In this document: positions 1 through 9,000 of the stretch, one piece after another
Position numbering within the stretch: the stretch's first letter is position 1
Layout: each line of letters opens with the position of its first letter
IMG/VR virus record: IMGVR_UViG_3300044714_000251
Span: 1 to 55,154 of that record
Source: a virus
Lineage: Duplodnaviria > Caudoviricetes
Strand: one strand, 5' to 3'
Length of the DNA: 55,154 nucleotides
Program-made: the position numbers and the translations under genes
Notes under the pieces: model-generated
The model's input: the letters and a program-made list of their open reading frames with translations, nothing else
Told to the model about the DNA's origin: nothing
Databases searched by the model: none

Positions 1-750
1 GACGGCTTGCTAAAGGCCGTGGCCGCGCGCGCCAACCTCGCGGACGCCAACCTCGCGGACGCCAACCTCGCGGGTGCCGACCTCGCGGGTGCCGACCTCG
101 CGGACGCCAACCTCGCGGACGCCAACCTCGCGGGTGCCGACCTCGCGGGCGCCGACCTCGCGGGTGCCGACCTCGCGGGTGCCGACCTCGCGGACGCCAA
201 CCTCGCGGGTGCCAGCCTCGCGGGTGCCTACCTCGCGGGTGCCAGCCTCGCGGGTGCCTACCTCGCGCGCGCCTACCTCGCGGGTGCCGACCTCGCGGAC
301 GCCGAGAACCTTTCGCCGACGGTCGAAAAGAAGGATCCTCCGGAGCCCTACCGACGCATCGTCGGCAAAGATGCGCGGCTTGAGTCGGCTCGCCGGTATC
401 GGGAGCGGCATCCGGAGGTGCCGGTCGTCCAAAACCTCGACTCAAAAATGCTGGCCGCGATCGAAGCCAAGGAGATCGTGCTCAACATGCGCGGCTGGCA
501 CGGGCAGTCCGCCGAGTGCGCCCTAAAGGAGCCTTGCGGGACAACGCACTGCCGGGCCGGGAGCGCGATCCATCTGGCCGGCGCTGCTGGCTACGCGCTC
601 GAGGAGCAGTACGACGCCCAGACGGCCGGGCGGATGATCTACCGCGCCAGCACGGGACGGAGCCCGCACTTCTTCGCGAGCGACGAGCGCGCCATGGAAG
701 ACATCCGTCGCTGCGCTGCCGAGGAGAAAGAGGAAGCTGAGCGTGCCTAG
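1..750 (+). CDS. Pentapeptide-repeat protein, 3' part (starts at 54697 across the junction), with a C-terminal Cys/His domain
   Basis: 18 A[NDSY]LA[DGR] units followed by a non-repetitive domain containing CGTTHCRAG. Confidence 0.85.
   Translation, partial: DGLLKAVAARANLADANLADANLAGADLAGADLADANLADANLAGADLAGADLAGADLAGADLADANLAGASLAGAYLAGASLAGAYLARAYLAGADLADAENLSPTVEKKDPPEPYRRIVGKDARLESARRYRERHPEVPVVQNLDSKMLAAIEAKEIVLNMRGWHGQSAECALKEPCGTTHCRAGSAIHLAGAAGYALEEQYDAQTAGRMIYRASTGRSPHFFASDERAMEDIRRCAAEEKEEAERA
31..300 (+). repeat. 15-bp coding tandem repeat, 18 units of GCCnnCCTCGCGnnn
   Basis: Read directly; encodes the pentapeptide repeats. Confidence 0.95.
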
Positions 751-982
751 TCCGGGCAACATCAGCCTCTCCGCCCAGTGGGTTTTTGACCGAAAAGGGG
801 CGCGGCGAGATGTTGTCAAAGCCTATACGGAAAGCCGATGCAACGCGGAGATCGCAATCAAGGCACTCGGCATGTCGAGGGCGACGTTCTACCGGTGGCT
901 CAAAGAGGATGCGCAGCTTGCGGCTGCGCTTGACCGATGCTCACACGAGCATCGCGAAGCGAAGAAGCGAGGCGAGGCGTGA
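743..982 (+). CDS. Small Fis-like helix-turn-helix DNA-binding protein
   Basis: CNAEIAIKALGMSRATFYRWLK matches an HTH recognition-helix pattern. Confidence 0.7.
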   Translation: MPSPGNISLSAQWVFDRKGARRDVVKAYTESRCNAEIAIKALGMSRATFYRWLKEDAQLAAALDRCSHEHREAKKRGEA

Positions 983-1102
983 CCTCTTCTCTATTTTTCT
1001 TCCTCGGTCTCCTTCTTGGCTGGCTTGCGCATCGCGCTGAGACGGCGAAGGAGCGTCGGCGCAACAAAGCTTTGGGAAAGGTGTTCGAGCGATGACGAGG
1101 AA

Positions 1103-1164
1103 TGACCTAGAAACGGCAAGCCCCCGCCTCGCCTTGCAGGCGGGGGCTTGCCGTTTCTAGGTCA
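1103..1164. terminator. Perfect 27-bp inverted repeat with 8-nt loop (terminator or cruciform)
   Basis: TGACCTAGAAACGGCAAGCCCCCGCCT (1103-1129) and its exact reverse complement (1138-1164); intergenic, at a module boundary. Confidence 0.65.
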
Positions 1165-1234
1165 CATCGCAGGCGAGATTCGACGTCTCGAGCTCGTGGT
1201 ACCAGACCATCGCTAGCCCATGTACACTCGACCC

Positions 1235-1897
1235 ATGCGACGAAGACGACCTCGGGGGCTTGGCCAGTACTCTCCCCCCGATTATTTCGACACGGGATGG
1301 GCAAGCGTTTTCGTTGCGGGGTGCGAGAGCATCGGAGCCGATCCGCTGGATGTGGCGGGGCTGCTCATCAACGAGAGCTCATTCGACCCCGAGGCGACAA
1401 ACAGCATTTCGTGTCGCGGACTGAACCAGGAGTGCCCCGGGAGCCAGAATTTTTTGGGCGACATGACGCCTGAGCAGTACTCGCAACTCACGGTGAGCGG
1501 TCAGCTCCCGTACGTCTTCGCGTACTGGCGGTCGTGGATGGACAAGTACGGACTCGGATCCATCAGCGCAGCCGAACTCTACCAGCTCAACTTCCTACCT
1601 GCGACATTTCAACCGGGCGAAACGTCGAGCTACGTTATCTCGAGCAAGGGCGATGGGTACTACGAGGCGAACGCTGGGCTCGACGTCGACGGCTCAGGGA
1701 CCATCACACTCGGCGATCTTGAACAGGTCATCCAGAACGCGAAAGCTAATCATCCCGACCTCTACGCCTATCTCGAGCAGCAAATCTGCCTCGCAGGCGG
1801 GTGTTTTGGCGACACCACGACTCTCGTTCTCGGAGCGTTTGCTGCGGGCTTCGCGGGTTTCTTCATCTGGAGCTACACACGTACGGGGAGCCTGTGA
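1235..1897 (+). CDS. Lysozyme-like/SLT transglycosylase with C-terminal TM anchor
   Basis: LLINESSFDPEA (catalytic ES), GLNQ, YYEANAGLDVDGSGTITLGD; hydrophobic C-terminus; start chosen from TACACT-6nt-ATG. Confidence 0.65.
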   Translation: MRRRRPRGLGQYSPPDYFDTGWASVFVAGCESIGADPLDVAGLLINESSFDPEATNSISCRGLNQECPGSQNFLGDMTPEQYSQLTVSGQLPYVFAYWRSWMDKYGLGSISAAELYQLNFLPATFQPGETSSYVISSKGDGYYEANAGLDVDGSGTITLGDLEQVIQNAKANHPDLYAYLEQQICLAGGCFGDTTTLVLGAFAAGFAGFFIWSYTRTGSL

Positions 1898-2520
1898 AAT
1901 CTGCCGTTCCTAGCGTTGGCGCTCGGCTCACCGATAGCGTCTCTTCGATTTCAGCGGCCCAAGCCAAGGTGATCGCGAAGCTAGGTATCGACGGATGCAT
2001 TCGATACCTGGGCTCGGTTACGCCGAGCGAAGTTCAGGGCATCCTCGCCGCGGGACTCGGATTCCTGCCCGTGACGTATGCCGACCAATTCGACGGAGCG
2101 AAGGCCGTCTCTCAGGTGAAGGCTCTGGGTCTGCCTGTGGGCGTCACGGTCTTCCTTGACCTGGAAGGGATCGGGGCTGTAACGCCAGCGAGCCTCATTG
2201 CGCAGGTGAACGGGTGGGCGACACAGATCAAAAACGCCCTCTACATTCCAGGTCTTTACGTGGGCGCCAACTCCATTCTGAACAGCCAAGAGCTCTATGG
2301 GCTGGGGGTCGAGCGGTACTGGAAGGGGCTTTCGAGGATCGTGGACCGGAACGGTCTCCTCGCCGAGCCGGAGTGCGGCTGGTGCATGCTTCAGCTCTTC
2401 CCGACCACGACACGAGGCGGAATCTCTGTCGATATCGACGTGGTGCAGTCCGACTTTCAAAATCGGCTTCCGGTATGGGCGGTTGAAGATGCCTCGAAGA
2501 TCGATCCAAGTGCCGGATGA
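1894..2520 (+). CDS. DUF1906-like glycoside hydrolase (GH25-like muramidase fold)
   Basis: IRYL, VFLDLEG, YIPGLYVG, VDID motifs; GTGA overlap with the upstream gene. Confidence 0.65.
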   Translation: MKSAVPSVGARLTDSVSSISAAQAKVIAKLGIDGCIRYLGSVTPSEVQGILAAGLGFLPVTYADQFDGAKAVSQVKALGLPVGVTVFLDLEGIGAVTPASLIAQVNGWATQIKNALYIPGLYVGANSILNSQELYGLGVERYWKGLSRIVDRNGLLAEPECGWCMLQLFPTTTRGGISVDIDVVQSDFQNRLPVWAVEDASKIDPSAG

Positions 2521-2568
2521 AAATCCGAGCCGTGGACTCCACCAAGGGTCTCGTTGTACCCTTCGGGT

Positions 2569-2928
2569 ATGGCCCGACGTCGCTATTCCCGATCGCGTTC
2601 GCTCGCTCGAAAGAGCCGTCCCAATCCGATCAAGCTCACGACTCCCGAAAAAGTCCTTCTCGGCGCATTGGGTGTCGGAGCGATCGGAGTGGTCGGATAC
2701 CTACTCTTCGGCTCGGGGACAGCAAGCGCCGCAACGAACGCCCTGACCGGTGGCTCAAGCACACCTTCGCTCGGCGGAGGGTCGTCGTCCCCGGTGTCCA
2801 CGAGTGGAGGAGGTTCCTCGGGCGGGTCGAGCGGCATCACGACCGGAGGGCTCTTCTCGAGCACGTTGGGCTCGGGGGGCTCGGGCTACCCACTCCCCGC
2901 GAACGTGGTCGACGGAGACTCGAACTAG
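2569..2928 (+). CDS. Small membrane protein, basic-NP-TM class, with Gly/Ser tail
   Basis: MARRRYSRSRSLARKSRPNP followed by TM LLGALGVGAIGVVGYLLF. Confidence 0.7.
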   Translation: MARRRYSRSRSLARKSRPNPIKLTTPEKVLLGALGVGAIGVVGYLLFGSGTASAATNALTGGSSTPSLGGGSSSPVSTSGGGSSGGSSGITTGGLFSSTLGSGGSGYPLPANVVDGDSN

Positions 2929-2947
2929 GTCCGTTAGGCGCCACTGA

Positions 2948-3199
2948 GTGGGCGTCCAGGTGACTCTTTTAGAGTTCGCGCAGCTGTCGATTCGGTGTCG
3001 GCATTGCGGACGTTCGATCTCGGAGCACGGGCCCAAGCGCAAAGAACGTTTCAGCCGCGTACCTCGAAACAAGTGCCGTGGACAAGAGACGTGGTTCGAA
3101 AGCCAGCTTCCCCACCCCGGCGCCACCCGGCCGACCCGGCCGGCCATTGCGGAGGCGCTTCGAGAAACTCGAGCTCGAGTGAGGGCGATGGCTCGGTAG
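2948..3199 (+). CDS. Small hypothetical protein with CxxC
   Basis: ORF with CRHCGR; fills the gap between genes. Confidence 0.4.
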   Translation: MGVQVTLLEFAQLSIRCRHCGRSISEHGPKRKERFSRVPRNKCRGQETWFESQLPHPGATRPTRPAIAEALRETRARVRAMAR

Positions 3200-3215
3200 G
3201 TGCAAGACCTCGAGC

Positions 3216-3431
3216 ATGGTCGCTCTCTTCATTCACCTGATCGTCGCGGTCCTTGTTTTCTCACTGCTGTTCTACCTCGTCACGCTCGTGGTGAGCATCG
3301 TCCCTCCGCCCATGGCTCAGCCCATCCGCGTGATCCTGACGATTCTGCTCATCCTGATCGCGATCGGGTTTTTGCTCGGAGAAGTCGGCGTGATCGGTGA
3401 TTGGGGATACGGCCATGCCTACCGCCTCTAG
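3216..3431 (+). CDS. Small two-TM membrane protein
   Basis: Two strongly hydrophobic segments separated by VPPPMAQP. Confidence 0.7.
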   Translation: MVALFIHLIVAVLVFSLLFYLVTLVVSIVPPPMAQPIRVILTILLILIAIGFLLGEVGVIGDWGYGHAYRL

Positions 3432-3445
3432 AGGAGAACAAAAAA

Positions 3446-3883
3446 ATGGGATCCATGGATGAACTCGTTGCCCGCGTCGCCTCCAACACTTCGCCCGATG
3501 CCGCTGTTGCCGTGATGCTCGAGGGCATCGACAACCAGCTTTCTCAGCTCGGCGTCCATCCGCAATGGCTCCAGAGCTTTCGCTCCGCGCGGCCCAAGCT
3601 CCAGGAAGCCATCCTCGCAAACACGCCCTGGGAGACGCGTCGTCACATTGAACAGGTCCCCGCGGTCGTGCCCGAGACGCGACGCCCCTACCCGAATGTT
3701 CCGACCACAATCCCGGCGACTGCAACCGTGGCCTCGACTGCTCCCGCCATCCCACCGAGCGAAATTCACGCGCCTCCGCTTCGCTACGCAACCGCCCCAG
3801 CCCCCGTGCCGTTCCGTGCGGAGGAAGAGCCCATCGTCACCAAGAAGTCGGTTCGACCTCAGGCGCAGACCAAAGGGCGATAA
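3446..3883 (+). CDS. Hypothetical protein with Pro/Thr-rich C-terminus
   Basis: GAGGAG RBS before ATG 3446. Confidence 0.6.
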   Translation: MGSMDELVARVASNTSPDAAVAVMLEGIDNQLSQLGVHPQWLQSFRSARPKLQEAILANTPWETRRHIEQVPAVVPETRRPYPNVPTTIPATATVASTAPAIPPSEIHAPPLRYATAPAPVPFRAEEEPIVTKKSVRPQAQTKGR

Positions 3884-3929
3884 GCTCGGGCGTCTTGCCT
3901 CGGTGGGGCCGTTCTGCGAAGATTTGAGG

Positions 3930-4193
3930 ATGTCGACCCAAGCCAAACTCATCCTCAAGTACTTGATTCTTGCGACCGCCGTGGTCTCCGCTCTGGGGCC
4001 GGCGGTCGCCGAGCTTGCAGGGGTCGTCCCTGCAACGTGGGTTTCGGTCGCGAGCCGGATCATCGCGACCGCGGCGTCGATCCATTTGTTCTTGACGGAG
4101 AGCCCTCTCATCAAGCCCTTCCTGATGACCAAGGGTCCCGCTAAAGTTGCGCAGCAACTCGCTTCTGCCCCCACCCCCGGAGTCCAGTCATGA
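3930..4193 (+). CDS. Small two-TM protein, holin candidate
   Basis: 87 aa with two hydrophobic helices, near the lytic enzymes. Confidence 0.45.
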   Translation: MSTQAKLILKYLILATAVVSALGPAVAELAGVVPATWVSVASRIIATAASIHLFLTESPLIKPFLMTKGPAKVAQQLASAPTPGVQS

Positions 4194-4573
4194 GTAAGCT
4201 CGCCGCCAAGAAACTTGCCTTCCTCGTCCTCCTCGCCATCGTTTTCGGATGCTCGAGGACGCCCACTGGATGCACAAAAAGTCAGGGCTCTGCACTCGAT
4301 TCGATCTTGACCTCCACCGGTGAATGCGTTTCTCCGATCGTCATCCAAGGTCTTTTCTCGGGACAACCTGCGGGCGCCATCGTGGATATGGCCTTGACCT
4401 GTCTGGGCTCGACGGTCGAGGCAGTCCTCGCCTACGTCGAGAGCCTTGAGGCTCCACTCGACGGCGGACTGGATGGAGGCATCGCGGCCCTGAGTCCAGA
4501 CATGCAGCAGAGACTCGGCGCGCTCCATGCCGAGCTTGTGAACAGGGTGGCGGCAAAAAAGGCTGCGCGATGA
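4190..4573 (+). CDS. Lipoprotein
   Basis: Signal peptide with lipobox IVFG-C; ATGA-coupled. Confidence 0.65.
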   Translation: MSKLAAKKLAFLVLLAIVFGCSRTPTGCTKSQGSALDSILTSTGECVSPIVIQGLFSGQPAGAIVDMALTCLGSTVEAVLAYVESLEAPLDGGLDGGIAALSPDMQQRLGALHAELVNRVAAKKAAR

Positions 4574-5373
4574 ACTACGGCTACATCCAAGACTCTCCGG
4601 CGCATCGCCTGCGCCAGAAGTCGAGCCGCCTTCTCCTCGGCACCGCGGCAACCTCTCTGCCCGCGGTGAGTCTCCGACCCTACGAGCCGAACGGATTCCC
4701 GCTCGACCAAAACAAAACAGGAAGTTGCGGCGGTCATGGAACCTCCGCCGGAATCGCGATCTCTTTCGAGGGAGCGGGCATTCCACTGGCGTTCATCCCG
4801 TCGCCCAAAAGCATCTATTCCATCACACGCCAGTCCGCACTCTCGAAGCCGGGTACCGCGCTGACCGACAGTGGCGTGATGCCGGCCGACGTCATGGCGA
4901 CGAGCTCGACTTTCGGCATTCGCGCGATGACGGCCCCCTCCCCGCAGGGGTTCCATTCGGACGTCGATCCGAGCAACGTCAACCAGACCGAAGACCTCCT
5001 CGAGCTCGAGCAAGCTGGACAGAAGATTGTCGTGGGCGAGTACCGAATCGACGAGACGGCCTCCGACTTTCTTGACCAGGTTCGACTCTCACTCGCGGCA
5101 AAGGTCGCCGTAGGCCTGGGCATCTTCGTCGACACCTCGTTCCAAGAGTGGACGAACGGGGACCCGCCTCTTGATTCCGTCAACCTCAACGACCCCAACG
5201 GGGGCGGCCACTGGATTTGCTGCGTGGGCTACGACACCACGCAAGACTTCTTCGAGCTCCTGAATTCGTGGGGCCCCTCGTTTGGGGACGCCGGACACAT
5301 CCGCGTCTCTTCGGCCTGGATGCAGGCGGCTGTCTCGGACTGCTACGCGATCAACGTGGCGAGAAAATCATGA
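4570..5373 (+). CDS. Papain-like (C1 family) cysteine peptidase
   Basis: DQNKTGSC (Q, C), GGHWICCVGYD (H), LNSWG (N). Confidence 0.9.
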   Translation: MNYGYIQDSPAHRLRQKSSRLLLGTAATSLPAVSLRPYEPNGFPLDQNKTGSCGGHGTSAGIAISFEGAGIPLAFIPSPKSIYSITRQSALSKPGTALTDSGVMPADVMATSSTFGIRAMTAPSPQGFHSDVDPSNVNQTEDLLELEQAGQKIVVGEYRIDETASDFLDQVRLSLAAKVAVGLGIFVDTSFQEWTNGDPPLDSVNLNDPNGGGHWICCVGYDTTQDFFELLNSWGPSFGDAGHIRVSSAWMQAAVSDCYAINVARKS

Positions 5374-5669
5374 AGCTCTCTCTCTTCTCGCTGGCCGTGC
5401 TACTCCCCGCCTGCCCCTCTCAAACCACCCCTCCGATCCCAGAGATCGGCGTCGTGGTTATCGAGGGGGGCACCGACTCCTGTGCACAAGCCTGCTCGGC
5501 GATGGCTGCGGCTTCGTGCCCCGAGGGTCTCGCCTCCGACTGCGCCGCGACGTGCCGCACAATCCAGTCCAGACCCAACTTCGCGACCGACATGAACGTC
5601 TCGTGCCTCGTGAAGGCCAAAACGTCGAGTGACGTGAAGGCATGCGGCATCGCCTGCTCGGGGCACTGA
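5370..5669 (+). CDS. Cys-rich lipoprotein
   Basis: MKLSLFSLAVLLPA-C lipobox and multiple spaced cysteines. Confidence 0.7.
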   Translation: MKLSLFSLAVLLPACPSQTTPPIPEIGVVVIEGGTDSCAQACSAMAAASCPEGLASDCAATCRTIQSRPNFATDMNVSCLVKAKTSSDVKACGIACSGH

Positions 5670-5866
5670 TTCTCGCCGCCTGCAACGGAGGCCGCGTCTA
5701 CACCTCGAGCTGTGTCCACGTCGGCGTTCGCCCAGCCTACTCCTACGGCGAGGGCGCAGGTGCGACACTGCAAGTCTCCTACGACGTCACATGTCCGGAT
5801 GTTCGCGAAGCAGTGCCGCCGCCGCATGCAGACGCGAGCGCGAAATGGCCAGCCCCCGTTCCTTAA
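5642..5866 (+). CDS. Small lipoprotein
   Basis: MRHRLLGALILAA-C lipobox. Confidence 0.5.
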   Translation: MRHRLLGALILAACNGGRVYTSSCVHVGVRPAYSYGEGAGATLQVSYDVTCPDVREAVPPPHADASAKWPAPVP

Positions 5867-6260
5867 AGCAGCCGCTTCCCCCGCTCGCGTACCACGCCGC
5901 ACGCTCGGCGATCGGATGGTCGGCACAGATTCTCCACGACATCTCGAAGAGCTCGAGAGCCGCGTCCACCTGACCCGCGGCATCGAGCGGGACAGGTCTC
6001 CCTAGCGTCGCCCCGTGCGTTCCGAAGAGTCCGTACCCGGATCCTCCATCGTGCAAGGCCTCCTTCTGAAACCGACTCTCGTGGAAGGACCACTCGACGA
6101 GCACGGCGGCGCACTGCTCTGGCGTTGAGCCGTGGATCCCTCGCTCGCAGCTGTCGGCGATGCCTTCCGCACTCTCGAGGACATCGTCAACCCACGGGAC
6201 CCTCTCTCCGTGCGCCTGAAGGACCGCGATCATGAGGCCTAGGACGTAGGTAGCTGTCAT
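5787..6260 (-). CDS. SLT/lysozyme-like protein with N-terminal hydrophobic segment
   Basis: WSFHESRF...DGGSGYGLFG...WYASG pattern. Confidence 0.55.
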   Translation of the reverse strand: MTATYVLGLMIAVLQAHGERVPWVDDVLESAEGIADSCERGIHGSTPEQCAAVLVEWSFHESRFQKEALHDGGSGYGLFGTHGATLGRPVPLDAAGQVDAALELFEMSWRICADHPIAERAAWYASGGSGCFKERGLAISRSRLHAAAALLREHPDM

Positions 6261-6312
6261 GGCCCGCGACCGTGCCCCAGACCCCCGCCCAAGGTCAAGG
6301 CGCCACTCGCTT

Positions 6313-6341
6313 TTGATTGTCAACCCCTCTTGAGATAGGCT
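6313..6341 (+). promoter_or_regulatory. sigma70-like promoter, leaderless geometry
   Basis: TTGATT-17-TAGGCT-7nt-GTG(6349). Confidence 0.55.
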
Positions 6342-6348
6342 CCCCTTC

Positions 6349-6750
6349 GTGACCACCGAGCACAAACGCCATGTGGCCGCTGCCCGTCGTGCCGGGTGGA
6401 GGATTTACGGCGGCCCGGGAAACTACTCCATCCTGAGTCCGGACGGGCACTACGTGCGCAAGGGTTTCCGATTTCGCGAGACCGCCGAGCTCGCCATGAT
6501 TGGCATGAACCAGAAGGGCAAGAGCATGCGTCGCTACCGGAAGAAGAACCCGCACTCCGAGACCGAAGTTCTCCTCGTCGCTGGCGGAGGAATTCTCGTC
6601 CTCGGTGCCGTCGGGTACCTGATCTACAACGCCTACAACAACGGCCAAGCCGCGAGCGCCCTCACTTCGACGAACACGACGACACTCGGACAGGGCGGTT
6701 CGACAACTCCCGTCCTCGGCGGCGCAGCGTCGACGGCCACAGGTTCCTGA
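6349..6750 (+). CDS. Membrane protein, basic-NP-TM class
   Basis: RRYRKKNPHSETEVLLVAGGGILVLGAVGYLIY. Confidence 0.7.
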   Translation: MTTEHKRHVAAARRAGWRIYGGPGNYSILSPDGHYVRKGFRFRETAELAMIGMNQKGKSMRRYRKKNPHSETEVLLVAGGGILVLGAVGYLIYNAYNNGQAASALTSTNTTTLGQGGSTTPVLGGAASTATGS

Positions 6751-6947
6751 TGCACACCGCGGCTTGCCGGAGACGCGCGCGCTCAAAAAAGAATCCGCTG
6801 CATGAGGCGGACTTCGTCATGATCGGCGTCGTCACGTTGGCTGTGCTTGGCTCGGCCGCGTATTTTCTGATGAAGCCCACTCCAGCGCTCGCCGCAACCA
6901 CTCCCGCGTCCTCCGACCCCGAACCCCCTTTCGTCTCAGGAACCTGA
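6750..6947 (+). CDS. Small membrane protein, basic-NP-TM class
   Basis: RRRARSKKNPLHEADFVMIGVVTLAVLGSAAYFLM; TGATG coupling. Confidence 0.65.
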   Translation: MHTAACRRRARSKKNPLHEADFVMIGVVTLAVLGSAAYFLMKPTPALAATTPASSDPEPPFVSGT

Positions 6948-6949
6948 CC

Positions 6950-7210
6950 ATGGCCAACAAGAAAGACGCAAAGAAGAACGTCCTCATCGCGGGAGGCGTA
7001 CTCGCCGCAGCGGGCGTTGGGTACTACCTCTACACTCAGTATGGCTCGGGCTCCTCGATCTCGAGTTCCAGCGGAGGCTCGGGAGGGGGCGGGGGTTCGG
7101 GCTCCGTTGGCGGAGGGACCACGAACGCCACGACGCTCGGATCGGGGGGTGGGAGTCAAGACTTGGGAAGCGCCGCATCGACGTCTTCCGGAGAGGACGA
7201 TGACGCATGA
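6950..7210 (+). CDS. Small membrane protein with Gly/Ser tail
   Basis: Basic N-terminus, TM VLIAGGVLAAAGVGYYLY. Confidence 0.7.
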   Translation: MANKKDAKKNVLIAGGVLAAAGVGYYLYTQYGSGSSISSSSGGSGGGGGSGSVGGGTTNATTLGSGGGSQDLGSAASTSSGEDDDA

Positions 7211-7407
7211 GTCGCCGAAGACGCTACGCCCAGAGAAATCCTCTCACCTCCACCGATGACCTCCTCATCGGGGTCGGCGTCATCGCCGCGCTCGCTCTCG
7301 GCGGGTACGTGATTTACGTGAAGTCCCAAGCGGCGACAGCCTCAGCCGCTGCAGACACGACCTCGGCGTCCATCAACATCCCGAACAACGGTACCGTCTT
7401 TTCATGA
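7207..7407 (+). CDS. Small membrane protein, basic-NP-TM class
   Basis: MSRRRRYAQRNPLTSTDDLLIGVGVIAALALGGYVIY. Confidence 0.7.
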   Translation: MSRRRRYAQRNPLTSTDDLLIGVGVIAALALGGYVIYVKSQAATASAAADTTSASINIPNNGTVFS

Positions 7408-7724
7408 GCTGGCTCCCCGACTTCACGACCGAGGAGTGGGTTCTCCTCGGAACTGGCACGGCGGTCGTCGGCGCGATCATCTACGCCGTGGTGCAAGTGC
7501 AAGATGCCGCAGACGAGGCGCAGGACGCAGCCTCCGGAGCCTCCTCCTCCGCACAAGACGCCGCGAACCAGGCCGCCGAGACGGGGCAGACCCTGGGGGA
7601 GCAGCTCTACAACGTCCAGCAGGTCGGGCAGAACGTGCAGGGGCAGATCGCGGCCGCGCAGGGCCAGGCCGCTCCTGCGACCACGCTCGCAGGGCAAATC
7701 GAGAACTGGTGGAATTCGTGGTAG
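7404..7724 (+). CDS. Membrane protein with Ala/Gln-rich helical tail
   Basis: N-terminal TM; ATGA-coupled. Confidence 0.65.
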   Translation: MSWLPDFTTEEWVLLGTGTAVVGAIIYAVVQVQDAADEAQDAASGASSSAQDAANQAAETGQTLGEQLYNVQQVGQNVQGQIAAAQGQAAPATTLAGQIENWWNSW

Positions 7725-7747
7725 CCTCGTAACCGAAGGAGCCTTCC

Positions 7748-8110
7748 GTGAGCAGACAAATTCGCGTTCGACAAGCCGGTCGCCGTCCCGCCGGTCTTGG
7801 CCAGACCCTCGCCACCTCTCTCCCCGCGTGCAGCGACCTCTCGGCGGCGCAGACCGTACCCCAGGGCATCCTGATCGCCGGAGGTGGCATCGCGACGCTT
7901 GTCGGGGTCATCGGGGCCATCGCTTCCGACCAATACAAGCAGGACTTCGCCATTGCGGCGGGGTGCGGGTTGGTTGCAAGCTTCATCGGCGGTCTCTGGG
8001 CGGTAAACTCGGTCGCGAGCTGCATTGGTGGGTCGATCGCGAACGCGGTCACGACCTCGGGATCTGCGACAGGGACTGCAACGGTAGCGACGCCCGATCC
8101 GGGATACTGA
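7748..8110 (+). CDS. Two-TM membrane protein with N-terminal GLGQ motif
   Basis: RRPAGLGQT followed by two hydrophobic helices. Confidence 0.65.
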   Translation: MSRQIRVRQAGRRPAGLGQTLATSLPACSDLSAAQTVPQGILIAGGGIATLVGVIGAIASDQYKQDFAIAAGCGLVASFIGGLWAVNSVASCIGGSIANAVTTSGSATGTATVATPDPGY

Positions 8111-8114
8111 TCCC

Positions 8115-8333
8115 GTGACCGCCCCGGCGACGCTTCTCCCCGCCGTAGGGGCGGCCGTGCTCGCGGGCGCTTACGAGGCCGGAAACGGCGTCAACGAGCG
8201 GTCCGTCCTCCTCGTCGGCTCGGTCGCGGCTGTTGGACTCGGCGCCGCGCTGGCGGTTGAGGAACAGAACTACCTCGCCGGGGGGCTGCTGGCCGCCGCG
8301 GGAGCGTTCGTGGCGTGGTCGATGCGGCGGTAA
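8115..8333 (+). CDS. Small hydrophobic membrane protein
   Basis: Up to three hydrophobic segments. Confidence 0.55.
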   Translation: MTAPATLLPAVGAAVLAGAYEAGNGVNERSVLLVGSVAAVGLGAALAVEEQNYLAGGLLAAAGAFVAWSMRR

Positions 8334-8335
8334 AT

Positions 8336-8560
8336 TTACTTCTTCTCCAGGATCTCGAGCGCTTTCTGAAACGGCGAGCTCGCCTTCCGGTCCGGTTTCG
8401 TGGGAACCTCGTCGGGAGCGACGAACGCACCCAACTCGATGCGGTCGAGGCGGGCTTGCAGCGTGTCGAGGAGGTCCCAGAGAGCCTGGCTGACGCTCTG
8501 CTCCGCCCGAAGCCGCTGCATCAGGTCCGTGGTCTTGGCACGGAGAGCCTCGCGTTCCAA
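8336..8560 (-). CDS. Small helical hypothetical protein (start uncertain)
   Basis: Natural-looking C-terminal part of ORF 8336..8947. Confidence 0.4.
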   Translation of the reverse strand: MEREALRAKTTDLMQRLRAEQSVSQALWDLLDTLQARLDRIELGAFVAPDEVPTKPDRKASSPFQKALEILEKK

Positions 8561-8565
8561 AGCGC

Positions 8566-9000
8566 TTAGGTCTCTGTGCGCCGAAGGGTCTCGACGTGAA
8601 AGAGCTCGTCGAGGGCGTCCGTCACCATTCGCACTTGAAGCGGCCTGCCACGAGGATCTTTCGGAATTGTCTCCACCCACTCGTTGCAAGCGTCCACGAC
8701 GCTTGCGTTCGCGCGCGCCCTGGCGAGGCGTCTCTGCTCCCTCGGGCTCCCGTCGAACGTTCGAAGCACCTCCACTAGGTTCAGAGCCTCGACGCAATTT
8801 AGAATTTTGATTTCGGCCGGCGTCAGAGACTCTGGGGGCCACCTTCCCGTCGCCAGGTTGTCCTGGACCCACTCGGCCCAAGCCGTGGCTCGGTTGACGA
8901 GGTTCGCCTCGGCCAGCGCACGCCTCTCGCGTTGCGTGCGGACCCACTCCTCGACCGTTCCGCGAATCACCGGCTCGTCTTCTTGCCCCAGTTCGATCAT
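8566..9000 (-). CDS. Hypothetical protein
   Basis: 144-aa ORF coupled to the upstream gene, GGAG RBS. Confidence 0.6.
   Translation of the reverse strand: MIELGQEDEPVIRGTVEEWVRTQRERRALAEANLVNRATAWAEWVQDNLATGRWPPESLTPAEIKILNCVEALNLVEVLRTFDGSPREQRRLARARANASVVDACNEWVETIPKDPRGRPLQVRMVTDALDELFHVETLRRTET

Noticed and set aside
31-300. Tandem repeats as a CRISPR array
   Set aside because: Contiguous 15-bp units with no unique spacers; they encode pentapeptide repeats; no cas operon
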